40,430 nt of DNA from a virus: IMG/VR virus record IMGVR_UViG_3300025297_000002. One strand, given 5' to 3'. The notes under the pieces were generated by a model, which was not told the DNA's origin, did not search any database, and saw only the letters and a program-made list of their open reading frames with translations. Both the position numbers and the translations under genes were made by a program. The first letter of the stretch is position 1, and each line of letters opens with the position of its first letter. This document shows, piece after piece, positions 16,748 to 24,703 of the stretch.

Positions 16748-16916
16748 ACCGGGTTAGAAACGTTGCCCCGGTAAGAGGTCGCGACGGCGAGGCCGTGGGG
16801 CAAGGAGGGGGGTCCAAGTCGCCCCGTCTCCTCGCCGTCGCTTCGCCCACTGATCGGCCCCAACGTCCCGGCGTTTTTCCTTGGGGGGACTGGCCGCCGG
16901 GAAATCTCCCGATCAG
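16748..16916 (-). ncRNA. Structured non-coding leader / candidate cis-regulatory RNA (three hairpin domains)
   Basis: No ATG on either strand. Stems: 16850-57/16909-16 enclosing 16867-73/16895-901; a perfect 12-bp stem 16781-92/16830-41; and 16748-53/16767-72. Confidence 0.4.
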
Positions 16917-17149
16917 TTGGCGATTTTGGGCTCTGAGGGCCATTCCAGGCCGCCATCAGAGCGCTTTGGTATGCGTTGCGCCGCCTGGACGTAGCCGCCG
17001 TAGAAAGCGACGTTGTAACGCTCCCGGCAGCTCGTGTTGGCGCACTCAATGTTGATCGAAATCCCGCCCTGTGGCCCGATGACAAAACCGCGCCGCGAGC
17101 ATGTCGGACAGTTGCCCCGATTTAGGTCTGACAGCTCGCTTTCCTTCAT
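16913..17149 (-). CDS. Zn-ribbon protein (78 aa)
   Basis: CPTC...C..SC motifs. ATGA junction. Last gene before the structured leader. Confidence 0.6.
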   Translation of the reverse strand: MKESELSDLNRGNCPTCSRRGFVIGPQGGISINIECANTSCRERYNVAFYGGYVQAAQRIPKRSDGGLEWPSEPKIAN

Positions 17150-17649
17150 TGGCGTGTCGGCCTCGAATATCGGCCCTCGTCGTCCCTGTGAACGTCATTG
17201 GACTTCTGGAGGTAGTAGAGCGCGTTCTGGAGGTCTTTCCGCGCCTTGCCGATTGGGATGCCGAAATAGTTGCCCAGCTCACTTGCCGTCATCGGCTCGG
17301 CGTCGGCCTCGTCGAGTAGAGCCTTGACCTTTTCGCGCCACCCTGCCCGAGCGCTCATGTTGCGGGGCTTTTTTTCCTTCTTTCGGCCGGTCGGCCCCTT
17401 CTCGGCCGGCGGGCCGTCCTCGGTGGTCTTTCGCACGATCAGCACCGGCTTTGCATGCGAGCCGTTCATGAGCGTCGAGGGCGGCGGCTCGTGCCTGGAA
17501 TGGGCGGCCATCTGGTCGGCCTCGTCGAGGCTCATGAGCACTCGCCGGGTGTCCTCCAGGCGGGCTATCTCGACTTGTAGCGCGGCGATCTGCTGCCGGC
17601 GCTGGGTGATCTCGCCATCAAGGCGTCTAAGGGTTGCTTGGTTGCTCAT
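17146..17649 (-). CDS. Coiled-coil plus C-terminal winged-helix-like protein (167 aa), putative regulator
   Basis: N-terminal heptads (LRRLDGEITQRRQQIAALQVEIARLE). C-terminus ...MTASELGNYFGIPIGKARKDLQNALYYLQK. Confidence 0.5.
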   Translation of the reverse strand: MSNQATLRRLDGEITQRRQQIAALQVEIARLEDTRRVLMSLDEADQMAAHSRHEPPPSTLMNGSHAKPVLIVRKTTEDGPPAEKGPTGRKKEKKPRNMSARAGWREKVKALLDEADAEPMTASELGNYFGIPIGKARKDLQNALYYLQKSNDVHRDDEGRYSRPTRQ

Positions 17650-17978
17650 CGCTTTCTCCTGGGGGCCACGGCACCGGCCCTGATCACCGTTTCGTAGCCG
17701 AGCGCGCCGAGTGTTCCGGCGATTGTCGAGAAACGGGGAAAGCGGGTCTTGCCACCGGCAAGGTTCGACGCTGTCGAGGGGCTCATTGCCGCCGCACTCG
17801 CAACGTCCTTGTACTTTAGTCCAGACTGCTTAAGCAGGCCGGCGGTGAATTGAACGTAGTCGCCGCTGTCGATGAAATGAAACTCGCCTGGAGTATCCGA
17901 AGCATCGCGGCCTCGGGTTGTGGCAGCATCTTCAACTACAGGGCGGCGGCGACGCATCGATCTAGCGTCTCGGGACAT
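17646..17978 (-). CDS. HTH (XRE-like) DNA-binding protein, paralogue A (110 aa)
   Basis: ...YKDVASAAAMSPSTASNLAGGKTRFPRFSTIAGTLGALGYE. ATG at 17978 (the track start at 17981 is TTG). Confidence 0.6.
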   Translation of the reverse strand: MSRDARSMRRRRPVVEDAATTRGRDASDTPGEFHFIDSGDYVQFTAGLLKQSGLKYKDVASAAAMSPSTASNLAGGKTRFPRFSTIAGTLGALGYETVIRAGAVAPRRKR

Positions 17979-18247
17979 CAAACACGCTCCTGGGCGTACA
18001 TATCCCAGCCGAGCGCGCCCAGTATGCGGATGATCGTTCTTAGGCGGGGGTGCTGGGTGGCCCCGGATGCGATGTTGCCGACTGTCACGGCGCTAACATC
18101 GGCATCGACGGCGATCTTCTGATAGTTCGCGCCGGCTCGCCAGATTTCAGACTGCACTAGGGCTACAGTCTTAGGACCATCGTCTATCTTAATGATCCGA
18201 CCTTTGTTGACGCTTAGTACATTAGAACGTGCTGAAGTTGCTGTCAT
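17978..18247 (-). CDS. HTH (XRE-like) DNA-binding protein, paralogue B (89 aa)
   Basis: ...YQKIAVDADVSAVTVGNIASGATQHPRLRTIIRILGALGWD aligns with paralogue A. GAGGG RBS. Confidence 0.6.
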   Translation of the reverse strand: MTATSARSNVLSVNKGRIIKIDDGPKTVALVQSEIWRAGANYQKIAVDADVSAVTVGNIASGATQHPRLRTIIRILGALGWDMYAQERV

Positions 18248-18321
18248 CGTTGCTTACCCTCTGTTGGCTTTCCTCATACCCGCCGCCGCCCACGTTCCCA
18301 AATCAACCGGCGAACGGCAGC

Positions 18322-18349
18322 AAACTAACTAAACGTGGTTGCGAGTCAA
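18322..18349 (-). promoter_or_regulatory. Candidate promoter TTGACT-N16-TAGTTT, with an AACGTGGTTGC motif filling the spacer
   Basis: AT-rich 147-nt gap after the endolysin. Hexamers read on the minus strand. The motif is shared with the attP region. Confidence 0.35.
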
Positions 18350-18394
18350 CCTTTTGAAGTCCGGGTTAATTTAGTCCACAACAAACCGTTAAAA

Positions 18395-19102
18395 TCAGGC
18401 CGCCAACGCTTTGCCATTGATCAAAACATTCACTCGGGCATCTGCTGGGGCGGAAATTGAAATGCTGATCTCGGGTCCAACAGATTTGGCGGGGTCGTCG
18501 GTCGCGGGCGACAGAAACCTACGGCAGGCATCATCCGAGCCGTTGAAGCGGTTGCTGTCGACGCCGGCAGCGATGCCGGGCACGGTGGCCTTGTCGGTCC
18601 ATTGCCAGAGCGACCACACCGGCCACGTTGCTTTCGGCCAGCTCGGGCCTTTGGCGCTCGTGTAGTGCGCAATCCAGAGCGACGTGAAGTCGGCCAGGAG
18701 CTGTTCACGGTCATTGCCGAGATCGCTCTTGAGCTTGCCGCCGCCGTAAACCGTGATCTGGAGATTGAACGGCTGGCGCACGAGCGCTTGCACGGCGTCG
18801 ACTAGGTCGGCCAGGGTGCAAGCCTCGTCCTCGTAATCGATCACCACGCGCTCGCCCTTCACCGGGTGCAGCACGTCGAGGAAATTCAGCATCTGCTGCT
18901 CGGCTTGGCCGTGCTTGAGAAAGTGGTAGCCGACGACAGCCAGGCCGGCGGCCTGGGCGCGCTCGCGACGCGGTGCAAAGGTCGGGTCGATGTAGCCGGT
19001 GCCCTCGGTCGCTTTCAGGATCACGCCGACGAGGCCGGCGCTTCTGAGCCGCACGAAATCGGGCTCGGGATTGTGGTGCGATAGGTCGATGACGGGGTCC
19101 AT
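18395..19102 (-). CDS. Endolysin, GH25 muramidase family (235 aa)
   Basis: VIDLSHHN...GVILKATEG..YIDP...GYHF...D.E... is the typical GH25 (Glyco_hydro_25) layout. GGAGG RBS. Confidence 0.8.
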   Translation of the reverse strand: MDPVIDLSHHNPEPDFVRLRSAGLVGVILKATEGTGYIDPTFAPRRERAQAAGLAVVGYHFLKHGQAEQQMLNFLDVLHPVKGERVVIDYEDEACTLADLVDAVQALVRQPFNLQITVYGGGKLKSDLGNDREQLLADFTSLWIAHYTSAKGPSWPKATWPVWSLWQWTDKATVPGIAAGVDSNRFNGSDDACRRFLSPATDDPAKSVGPEISISISAPADARVNVLINGKALAA

Positions 19103-19111
19103 TCGTGCCTC

Positions 19112-19666
19112 CTACTGCGGCGTTGAGCTGGCGATTTCAGAGTTGGGGATTTCCTCGCCCTGCTGTTGCGAGGCCGTGAAAGCGAAATCCATCAGCAAGT
19201 CCGACACGGTGCCGCCGCGCCCAAACTTGAGATTGGAGATCAGGCCGAAGTCGTGCAGCGCGCCGCAACCGGGGCACTTGGGCGACATGATCAGCGCGCC
19301 ATAAAGGCCCAGGCTGCGCGCCTTGGAGAGCACCGCATGCACGGCGGCTTGCGTCTCGGGCGAGCCGGAGATTTGGTGGTCCCGGTCGGCGACCATGCAA
19401 GGCTCACGGTGCGCGGTCTTGACGCTCACCGAGCCGCCCAGGCGGTCGGTTTCAGCGCCAGCGATCACGAAAGCATGCTGGAGCAACGCCGCGCCGCTCT
19501 CGGCCATCCTCTCGCCGTCTTCGAAGGTCGACAGCCACTTGCCGACGATCTCGGTCAAGGCGGTTGAGATCACCGGCATGCTTTCGCCCAGCGGACCCTC
19601 GGCGCGGAAAAGATCGCCGATTTTGTTGGTGAGCGCTTGGATGCGCTGATGTTCTTGCTCGGTCAT
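19112..19666 (-). CDS. Hypothetical protein (184 aa)
   Basis: Track ORF with an ATGA junction. Confidence 0.55.
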   Translation of the reverse strand: MTEQEHQRIQALTNKIGDLFRAEGPLGESMPVISTALTEIVGKWLSTFEDGERMAESGAALLQHAFVIAGAETDRLGGSVSVKTAHREPCMVADRDHQISGSPETQAAVHAVLSKARSLGLYGALIMSPKCPGCGALHDFGLISNLKFGRGGTVSDLLMDFAFTASQQQGEEIPNSEIASSTPQ

Positions 19667-19854
19667 GGTTCACCCTCTCGTTGCTTCACTTCGGTTGCCC
19701 GCCAGCCCTTGCCGACGAAATAGGCCCGTAGCCAGTCCTCGCCTTTGCCGATGGCCCATTTCAAGATCGGCGCGGCCTCGGTGCATCGCCCGTCGACCAT
19801 CACCAGGGCGGCGACGAAATGCGGGGCCACCACCCGGATTAGGCGCTCGCTCAC
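19663..19854 (-). CDS. Hypothetical protein (63 aa, GTG start)
   Basis: GTGA junction with the upstream stop at 19851-54. VSERLIRVVAPHFVAALVMVDGRCTEAAPILKW... The rest of the track ORF upstream is Arg-rich and overlaps the TM protein gene. Confidence 0.5.
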   Translation of the reverse strand: MSERLIRVVAPHFVAALVMVDGRCTEAAPILKWAIGKGEDWLRAYFVGKGWRATEVKQREGEP

Positions 19855-20039
19855 GGCATCTTTGCCCTGATCGCGATGATGAGCACGAGCAAGGTGATCG
19901 CCGAGCCGGCGCAAGCGCCCACGGCGAGGCCGAAGACGAAGCCGGTGCGCCACGCTTCCATCATCGCCTTGCGCAGGCCAGCGGCCAGCTCGTGGCGCGG
20001 CGGCGGTTCGTAATCTGGCGGTGCCATGTGGCGGGTCAC
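19851..20039 (-). CDS. Small membrane protein (62 aa, one TM helix)
   Basis: FVFGLAVGACAGSAITLLVLIIAI. GTGA junction (alternative ATG at 20027). Confidence 0.55.
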   Translation of the reverse strand: MTRHMAPPDYEPPPRHELAAGLRKAMMEAWRTGFVFGLAVGACAGSAITLLVLIIAIRAKMP

Positions 20040-20233
20040 GGTTTGCCCTCCTGTTTCCCACGGTTGACGATGTCGGCGACGCTTCCGACGACGCCAGGGC
20101 GACGTTGCCGGCGTAGCGTCGTGATTTCTTCGATGAGGCCCTCAAGCAAGTCGAGCCGTATCCAAACGTTGGTTTCGGCGCACGTCTTGGCGCGCACGGC
20201 CTGGGCGCGGTCGAGGATGTCAGTCATCGTCAT
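20036..20233 (-). CDS. Hypothetical protein (65 aa)
   Basis: ATG at 20233 (MTMTDILDRAQ...). The upstream part of the track ORF is Arg/Ser-rich and overlaps a better ORF. Confidence 0.5.
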   Translation of the reverse strand: MTMTDILDRAQAVRAKTCAETNVWIRLDLLEGLIEEITTLRRQRRPGVVGSVADIVNRGKQEGKP

Positions 20234-20447
20234 CACCCAGGGCGGCCAGCTTTTGCTCGGATGCCTGCTTGTAGGCCTCGACCGTTTCGATTTGGGCCTT
20301 AAGCGTCGCCATCGCCGAGCGGAAGCCGGCGAGTTGCCGGTTGAAGCCATCGACATCAGCGCGCAGAAGGTTGCGCAACACTCGCCGGTCGAGGGCCTGG
20401 GTGGTGTCCAGGCCCATTTCGGTGAAATCGATCTTGCCGTCGCTCAT
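20220..20447 (-). CDS. Hypothetical coiled-coil protein (75 aa)
   Basis: Track ORF with an ATGA junction. Confidence 0.55.
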   Translation of the reverse strand: MSDGKIDFTEMGLDTTQALDRRVLRNLLRADVDGFNRQLAGFRSAMATLKAQIETVEAYKQASEQKLAALGDDDD

Positions 20448-20620
20448 GGCCGCGTCTCGTCCACCCGGCGCACGACCTCGGTCACGGCGTTGATGAGCCG
20501 TTCCCGTTTCGCCGCCGGAACGTCTTGCGCATCGCCGCGCCAGAGGCGGCCGAGCATCATCAGATAATCCTCGCCGGCCTGCATCAGCTCGGCGGCGGCG
20601 TCGCGGTCCTCGGGTTTCAT
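20444..20620 (-). CDS. Hypothetical protein (58 aa)
   Basis: ATG at 20620 forms an ATGA junction (MKPEDRDAAAELMQ...). Confidence 0.5.
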   Translation of the reverse strand: MKPEDRDAAAELMQAGEDYLMMLGRLWRGDAQDVPAAKRERLINAVTEVVRRVDETRP

Positions 20621-21297
20621 GCTCGTGCCTCCTGGGGCTTGGTCGACGGGCGGTCGGGCCAGTCGAGATCGGGAAGGATGTCGAGGAAGTCGGCGATCTT
20701 GCGCTCGCACTCGGCCTGTCCGATTGGACCGTCGAGCTTCGCCGCGTTGCGCAAGAGCGGCAGGCCCTTGTCGATGGCCTCGTAAACCTCGGCCCGCGTC
20801 GCCCGCTTGCCCTTGGCCCAAAACTCGACCGTCTCGAAAGGGCCGATCTCGAATAGGATGCCGTTGTGGACGCGCTTCACGCCGTAGCCGCGCGTCGTCC
20901 AGAGCGCGGTTGCACCCGGATTGTGCGCCAGCATGACGCCCGGTGCTTCCTTCATCGGCACGTCGATGTAGCCGTCATGCGTGGTCACCCGGCGCATCCT
21001 GGGCCGTGTCAAAAACGGGCAATACTTGGCCGAAAACTCGGCGCAATCCTTGTGGCAGGGCGGCTCGGCCGTGATCTTGTTGACGCAACACATCGGGCCG
21101 ATGACGAAGGTTTTATATTTCCCGAGCTTCTCGCCGCACACCCAGCACTTGTCTTGCCGGATGGCCTGGGCGAGCTTCTGAGGGTCCATCACCGGGAACA
21201 GCGGCTTGTCGCCGTCCCAGGCCACAAACCACGGGATTGGAAAGCCGCGCTTGTCGTGCGGCAGCTTGGCAATGCGCCCATGCTCCTCGAATTTCAT
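20617..21297 (-). CDS. Conserved-looking Cys-rich (likely metal-binding) phage protein (226 aa)
   Basis: ...FPIPWFVAW...CWVCGEKL...PMCCVNKITAEPPCHKDCAEFSAKYCPF... Confidence 0.6.
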   Translation of the reverse strand: MKFEEHGRIAKLPHDKRGFPIPWFVAWDGDKPLFPVMDPQKLAQAIRQDKCWVCGEKLGKYKTFVIGPMCCVNKITAEPPCHKDCAEFSAKYCPFLTRPRMRRVTTHDGYIDVPMKEAPGVMLAHNPGATALWTTRGYGVKRVHNGILFEIGPFETVEFWAKGKRATRAEVYEAIDKGLPLLRNAAKLDGPIGQAECERKIADFLDILPDLDWPDRPSTKPQEARA

Positions 21298-21560
21298 TGC
21301 ACCGCCTCCTTCACAAAGCCGGCGTTTTGGGCGTCAACGCCGCCGTCGTTCATGCAGCGCACGAAATAGTCGACGAGATTGTCAGCGGCCCGTTTCAGGC
21401 CTTGGCGCAGCTCATCGTCGAGGTTCATCGCGTCGAGGATTTCGGCCGCCGTCACGCCCTCGGGTCGGCCGCTGTCGTCATCGTCGAGCGCCTCGATCAT
21501 GATCAGGATCAGCTCGGCTTGCTCCAGCTTCACCACGCCGGTTTTCGGTGCTTCGCTCAT
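21294..21560 (-). CDS. Hypothetical acidic protein (88 aa)
   Basis: ATG at 21560 with GGAG 8 nt upstream and a TGATG junction. Alternative ATG at 21572. Confidence 0.5.
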   Translation of the reverse strand: MSEAPKTGVVKLEQAELILIMIEALDDDDSGRPEGVTAAEILDAMNLDDELRQGLKRAADNLVDYFVRCMNDGGVDAQNAGFVKEAVQ

Positions 21561-21898
21561 CACAGGCTCCATGGGCTCGGGCCGGTCGCCTTTTTCGGGG
21601 CCGGCTTGTTCAACTCGGCGGCCTTGGCTTCCTCGGCCTGCCGGCGCTTTTCGATGATGTCGACCCCATGCTTGAAAAACGGGATGCCCTTCGGGCCGTT
21701 GAGCATCTTCACGACATCGAAAAGGCCTTTCGTGTCGCCGGTTTCGCATGCCGCCAGCGCCGCGCCGGCCAGCAACAGAAACTCGGCTTTCAGGATCACG
21801 ACAAAGCGCGCCTCTTGCTCGGGTGTCAGCTTGCCGCTGCCCCCGGCGTCGAAAACCGCCGCGATCTGCTCGGGTGTCAATTTCGGTTTGTCGTTCAT
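21560..21898 (-). CDS. Hypothetical protein (112 aa)
   Basis: Track ORF with protein-like composition. The competing 203-aa track ORF is Arg/Gly-rich. Confidence 0.55.
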   Translation of the reverse strand: MNDKPKLTPEQIAAVFDAGGSGKLTPEQEARFVVILKAEFLLLAGAALAACETGDTKGLFDVVKMLNGPKGIPFFKHGVDIIEKRRQAEEAKAAELNKPAPKKATGPSPWSL

Positions 21899-21922
21899 CT
21901 GGCATGCCCTCCAGTGTTCAAA

Positions 21923-22141
21923 TCAGGTGGTGGTTTTCTCGCCGAAGCCCTTCGCGAGCTGGTCGCCCGAAAAGATGTGCAGCAGGCCCGAGGGGCGCGC
22001 CAACGGCGGCATGCCCTCAAACGCGATCATCTCGACCACGTATCGGATGTCGCCTTGCATGGTGCGGAACACCGCCAGCACCATGCCGGGGAATTTGTAG
22101 CCGCGCGGCTTATGCACGGCGTCGCCCTCGGAAAACCTCAT
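21923..22141 (-). CDS. Hypothetical protein (72 aa)
   Basis: Track ORF with an ATGA junction. Confidence 0.55.
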   Translation of the reverse strand: MRFSEGDAVHKPRGYKFPGMVLAVFRTMQGDIRYVVEMIAFEGMPPLARPSGLLHIFSGDQLAKGFGEKTTT

Positions 22142-22320
22142 GGCGCGGCCTCACCGAAACCGCTCCAGCGCTCGGCGTCGTCCAGCTCGCGGATCAGCCA
22201 TTCGATGGCCTCGGCCGCCTTGCCCGACAGCGTCAACTCACGCGGGGTGCCGTGCTGCGCTTCCATCTTCGCTCGTCCCCTCAAGGCCTGGGCGATCTCC
22301 TCGCACTCGCCCAGCGTCAT
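22138..22320 (-). CDS. Hypothetical protein (60 aa)
   Basis: Track ORF with ATGA junctions on both sides. Confidence 0.55.
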   Translation of the reverse strand: MTLGECEEIAQALRGRAKMEAQHGTPRELTLSGKAAEAIEWLIRELDDAERWSGFGEAAP

Positions 22321-22745
22321 GACACGCGCCGCCGCAAATATGCGATGAGGTGCGCGACGCCAGCATGTGCGGTGTCGATCTCATGCGCAAGGTGGTTTAT
22401 GACGGGCAGCAGAGCATTTGTCCGCTGCACTGGCCGAACTTGCTCCTGTGGCACATTCTCGCCCGTCACTTCCGCAACCAGCTCTGCTATCTCACGTTGC
22501 AAGTGGTAGGCATTATCCGCAACTTGTGCGAGCACTTCTCTCGGGCTGAGAGCGCGCTGGGCTGGGGGGTCCCATTTCAGGGGGCGGGGGTGGCCTGCCG
22601 AAGATGCCGGCGGGGGGATGGCGGCGGCCGGCTCGGTCGAGGGCGGCGGCGAGCGTGGCGCGAGGTTACGCGCGAGGGTTTTGCTGATGTCGCTCATCAG
22701 CTCGTCGAGGTCATCATGCTGGGGCTTTTGCTGGGGGCTGTTCAT
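22317..22745 (-). CDS. Hypothetical protein (142 aa)
   Basis: ATG at 22745 with an AGGAGA RBS. Confidence 0.55.
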   Translation of the reverse strand: MNSPQQKPQHDDLDELMSDISKTLARNLAPRSPPPSTEPAAAIPPPASSAGHPRPLKWDPPAQRALSPREVLAQVADNAYHLQREIAELVAEVTGENVPQEQVRPVQRTNALLPVINHLAHEIDTAHAGVAHLIAYLRRRVS

Positions 22746-22755
22746 GTGCTTTCTC

Positions 22756-22989
22756 CTATCGCCTTGATTTCCTTGCATCTTCCTTGCCATCCTGGCGGAC
22801 AAGGTCACCGCCTGGGGGTTGTGTTCGCAGCGACTTCGGCACGTATCGCGGGCGCTCGTCGGCTCGGTGTTCGATCACCACATCAGCGCCTCCCGGCGGC
22901 GCGCGGGCTGGAGCACGGGCCTTTCTCCCCTCATTGCCGAAAGGGTCGGTTCGATCAGCAAGCTTTGGAAATGAAGGCGACGTGCCCAT
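22756..22989 (-). CDS. Possible small ORF (77 aa)
   Basis: GAGGTGG lies about 9 nt upstream of the ATG and the ORF fills the gap. Composition is only moderately protein-like. Confidence 0.3.
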   Translation of the reverse strand: MGTSPSFPKLADRTDPFGNEGRKARAPARAPPGGADVVIEHRADERPRYVPKSLRTQPPGGDLVRQDGKEDARKSRR

Positions 22990-23047
22990 CAGAGCGCCAC
23001 CTCAAAGGGATCGATGCAGGGCACCGTTTTTTTGCCGTGCTCATCCA

Positions 23048-23227
23048 TCAGCGCCAGATGCCGTGTTGCTGATACCACTCGCGCCAGCGCAACCACGTTG
23101 CGGGATCATCGATCTTGCTGATGAGCAACGGCTTTGCGCCTTGCGCCAGCATGCGATTGACCGCTTCGGCGTAGCGCTTGCCCTGGGCTCTGGAGCGGTG
23201 GAACGGATCACCCTTTGCGATTGGCAT
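23048..23227 (-). CDS. Hypothetical protein (59 aa)
   Basis: ATG at 23227 with a GGAGA RBS (MPIAKGDPFHRSRAQ...WLRWREWYQQHGIWR). Confidence 0.5.
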   Translation of the reverse strand: MPIAKGDPFHRSRAQGKRYAEAVNRMLAQGAKPLLISKIDDPATWLRWREWYQQHGIWR

Positions 23228-23957
23228 TGTCGTCTCCCCTGGTGAGATCGCGAACGAGATCGGAAAGGCTCGGCGGCTTGCCGCCTGGACGCTTGAGCCC
23301 ATCGGCGACGAGGCGGCGTTGCAGCTCGGGATTTTCGGCTGGCGGCGGCTCATCGTCGGCCGTCGCGCGCGGAGGAAGCGCAGCAGCGTCAACGATGTGC
23401 GGTGACGGGCCGCTGCGCTCCGTTTGGCCGGCTGCGCGGCCCGTCACTGGATACGAAGTATCCTCTGAGCTATGTGCTATAGCGCGACCTTGGTTGCCCT
23501 GCGCGGGCTCGCTTTTGGGCGGCCTGTTTGGGCGTCCGGTTTGGTGCCCGGCCTGGGCGCGTTTCTTGCCCTCCAGCTTTGCAGTGACCGGCGCTGATTT
23601 CGCTTCATATTCCGCCTCGGTCATGCCGAGATTGGCAATTCGCGTTGCCCTGAGATCGGCCGCTTTCGTCAACTCTTTCTGCAACCGATTTTGCGTGAAT
23701 GCTCTTGGCACGAGGGGGGCTTGGAAGTCGCTTAGAAGTGGCACGATCTCGCTTTTGTAGCGCGACCTCCAAACCCTCACGTCGAGCCCCAGGCGACGAG
23801 CGATGATCCTGTCATCGGCCGCAATCCAGCCGCCCGAAACCCACATCACGCCGAGCAACAGCAGATAGACGCCCTGGGCCTCGGTCGACATCGCTTGCAC
23901 CCGCGCATCGCCGAAGAAATCGGGCCAGAACAGTTTCATGTAAGGCAGCTTGGACAT
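23208..23957 (-). CDS. DUF1376 (YdaU-like) replication-associated protein (249 aa)
   Basis: N-terminus LPYMKLFWPDFFGDARVQAMSTEAQGVYLLLLGVMW matches the DUF1376 signature as I remember it. The C-terminus is disordered. Confidence 0.65.
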   Translation of the reverse strand: MSKLPYMKLFWPDFFGDARVQAMSTEAQGVYLLLLGVMWVSGGWIAADDRIIARRLGLDVRVWRSRYKSEIVPLLSDFQAPLVPRAFTQNRLQKELTKAADLRATRIANLGMTEAEYEAKSAPVTAKLEGKKRAQAGHQTGRPNRPPKSEPAQGNQGRAIAHSSEDTSYPVTGRAAGQTERSGPSPHIVDAAALPPRATADDEPPPAENPELQRRLVADGLKRPGGKPPSLSDLVRDLTRGDDNANRKG

Positions 23958-24703
23958 CAGCGCTTGCCCTGGGTTTGGGCGCGCAGCTCGGCCGCAATGC
24001 CATCCATCTTTTCGATGCGCTCCAACAGCCGCCGGTGGCCGTTGCGATAGCCTTCCATTTTGCGGGCCAGCTCGTGCTGAAACATGGTGCCGCTTTCGAG
24101 GTCTTTCTGTGCCATGCCGATGACGGTTGTCAGCTCGCCGATCTCGCGCTTGACCGCGACTTGCTCGGCCAGGAACAAGGCCAGCCCAGGCTCATCGCCA
24201 GAGCCGCCGAAATCGCGCTCGCGGATGGTCTTCACCCAGTCGAGCGGCACGCTCAAATCTTCCGCGATCTTCTGATCGCTCCAGCCCAGCGCATAGCTTG
24301 AGCTGCTGTCCTGCCAATGGTCCTCTATCGTGCGCGACAATAGGCGGCCATCCTCGCGCGACATTTCGCGCGATACCTCGGGCGAGGCCTGGGGCTTTGC
24401 TTTCTGAATTTCCGTCATGATCTGATCCACCCTTTTGACCACCTCGCCAAATGCCGTTGCTCGGCCTCGTGCCGCATTGCGTCGGCATGCCGGGCAGCGG
24501 TCGCGCTCACGGTTCTTGCCGATGAGCCAGCCGTGGCGCTCGAAAAACACCTCGTTATCGATGTTGCCGCGCCCGGAATTGTCGCTGTAGTTGCCGCACG
24601 AGCCGCATGTGATCCTGGCGGCAAAGGTGCTCTTGCCCTCGCCGTCCTGATGGCGCACCACCGGAAACTCGACACGCTTTTTCCACCCAGCCAATCGAGC
24701 CAT
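23957..24703 (-). CDS. Zn-ribbon + HTH + coiled-coil protein (248 aa), putative replication/regulatory factor
   Basis: ATG at 24703 (TAATG junction). CGSCG...CPAC. ...WSDQKIAEDLSVPLDWVKTIRE is HTH-like. Confidence 0.5.
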   Translation of the reverse strand: MARLAGWKKRVEFPVVRHQDGEGKSTFAARITCGSCGNYSDNSGRGNIDNEVFFERHGWLIGKNRERDRCPACRRNAARGRATAFGEVVKRVDQIMTEIQKAKPQASPEVSREMSREDGRLLSRTIEDHWQDSSSSYALGWSDQKIAEDLSVPLDWVKTIRERDFGGSGDEPGLALFLAEQVAVKREIGELTTVIGMAQKDLESGTMFQHELARKMEGYRNGHRRLLERIEKMDGIAAELRAQTQGKR

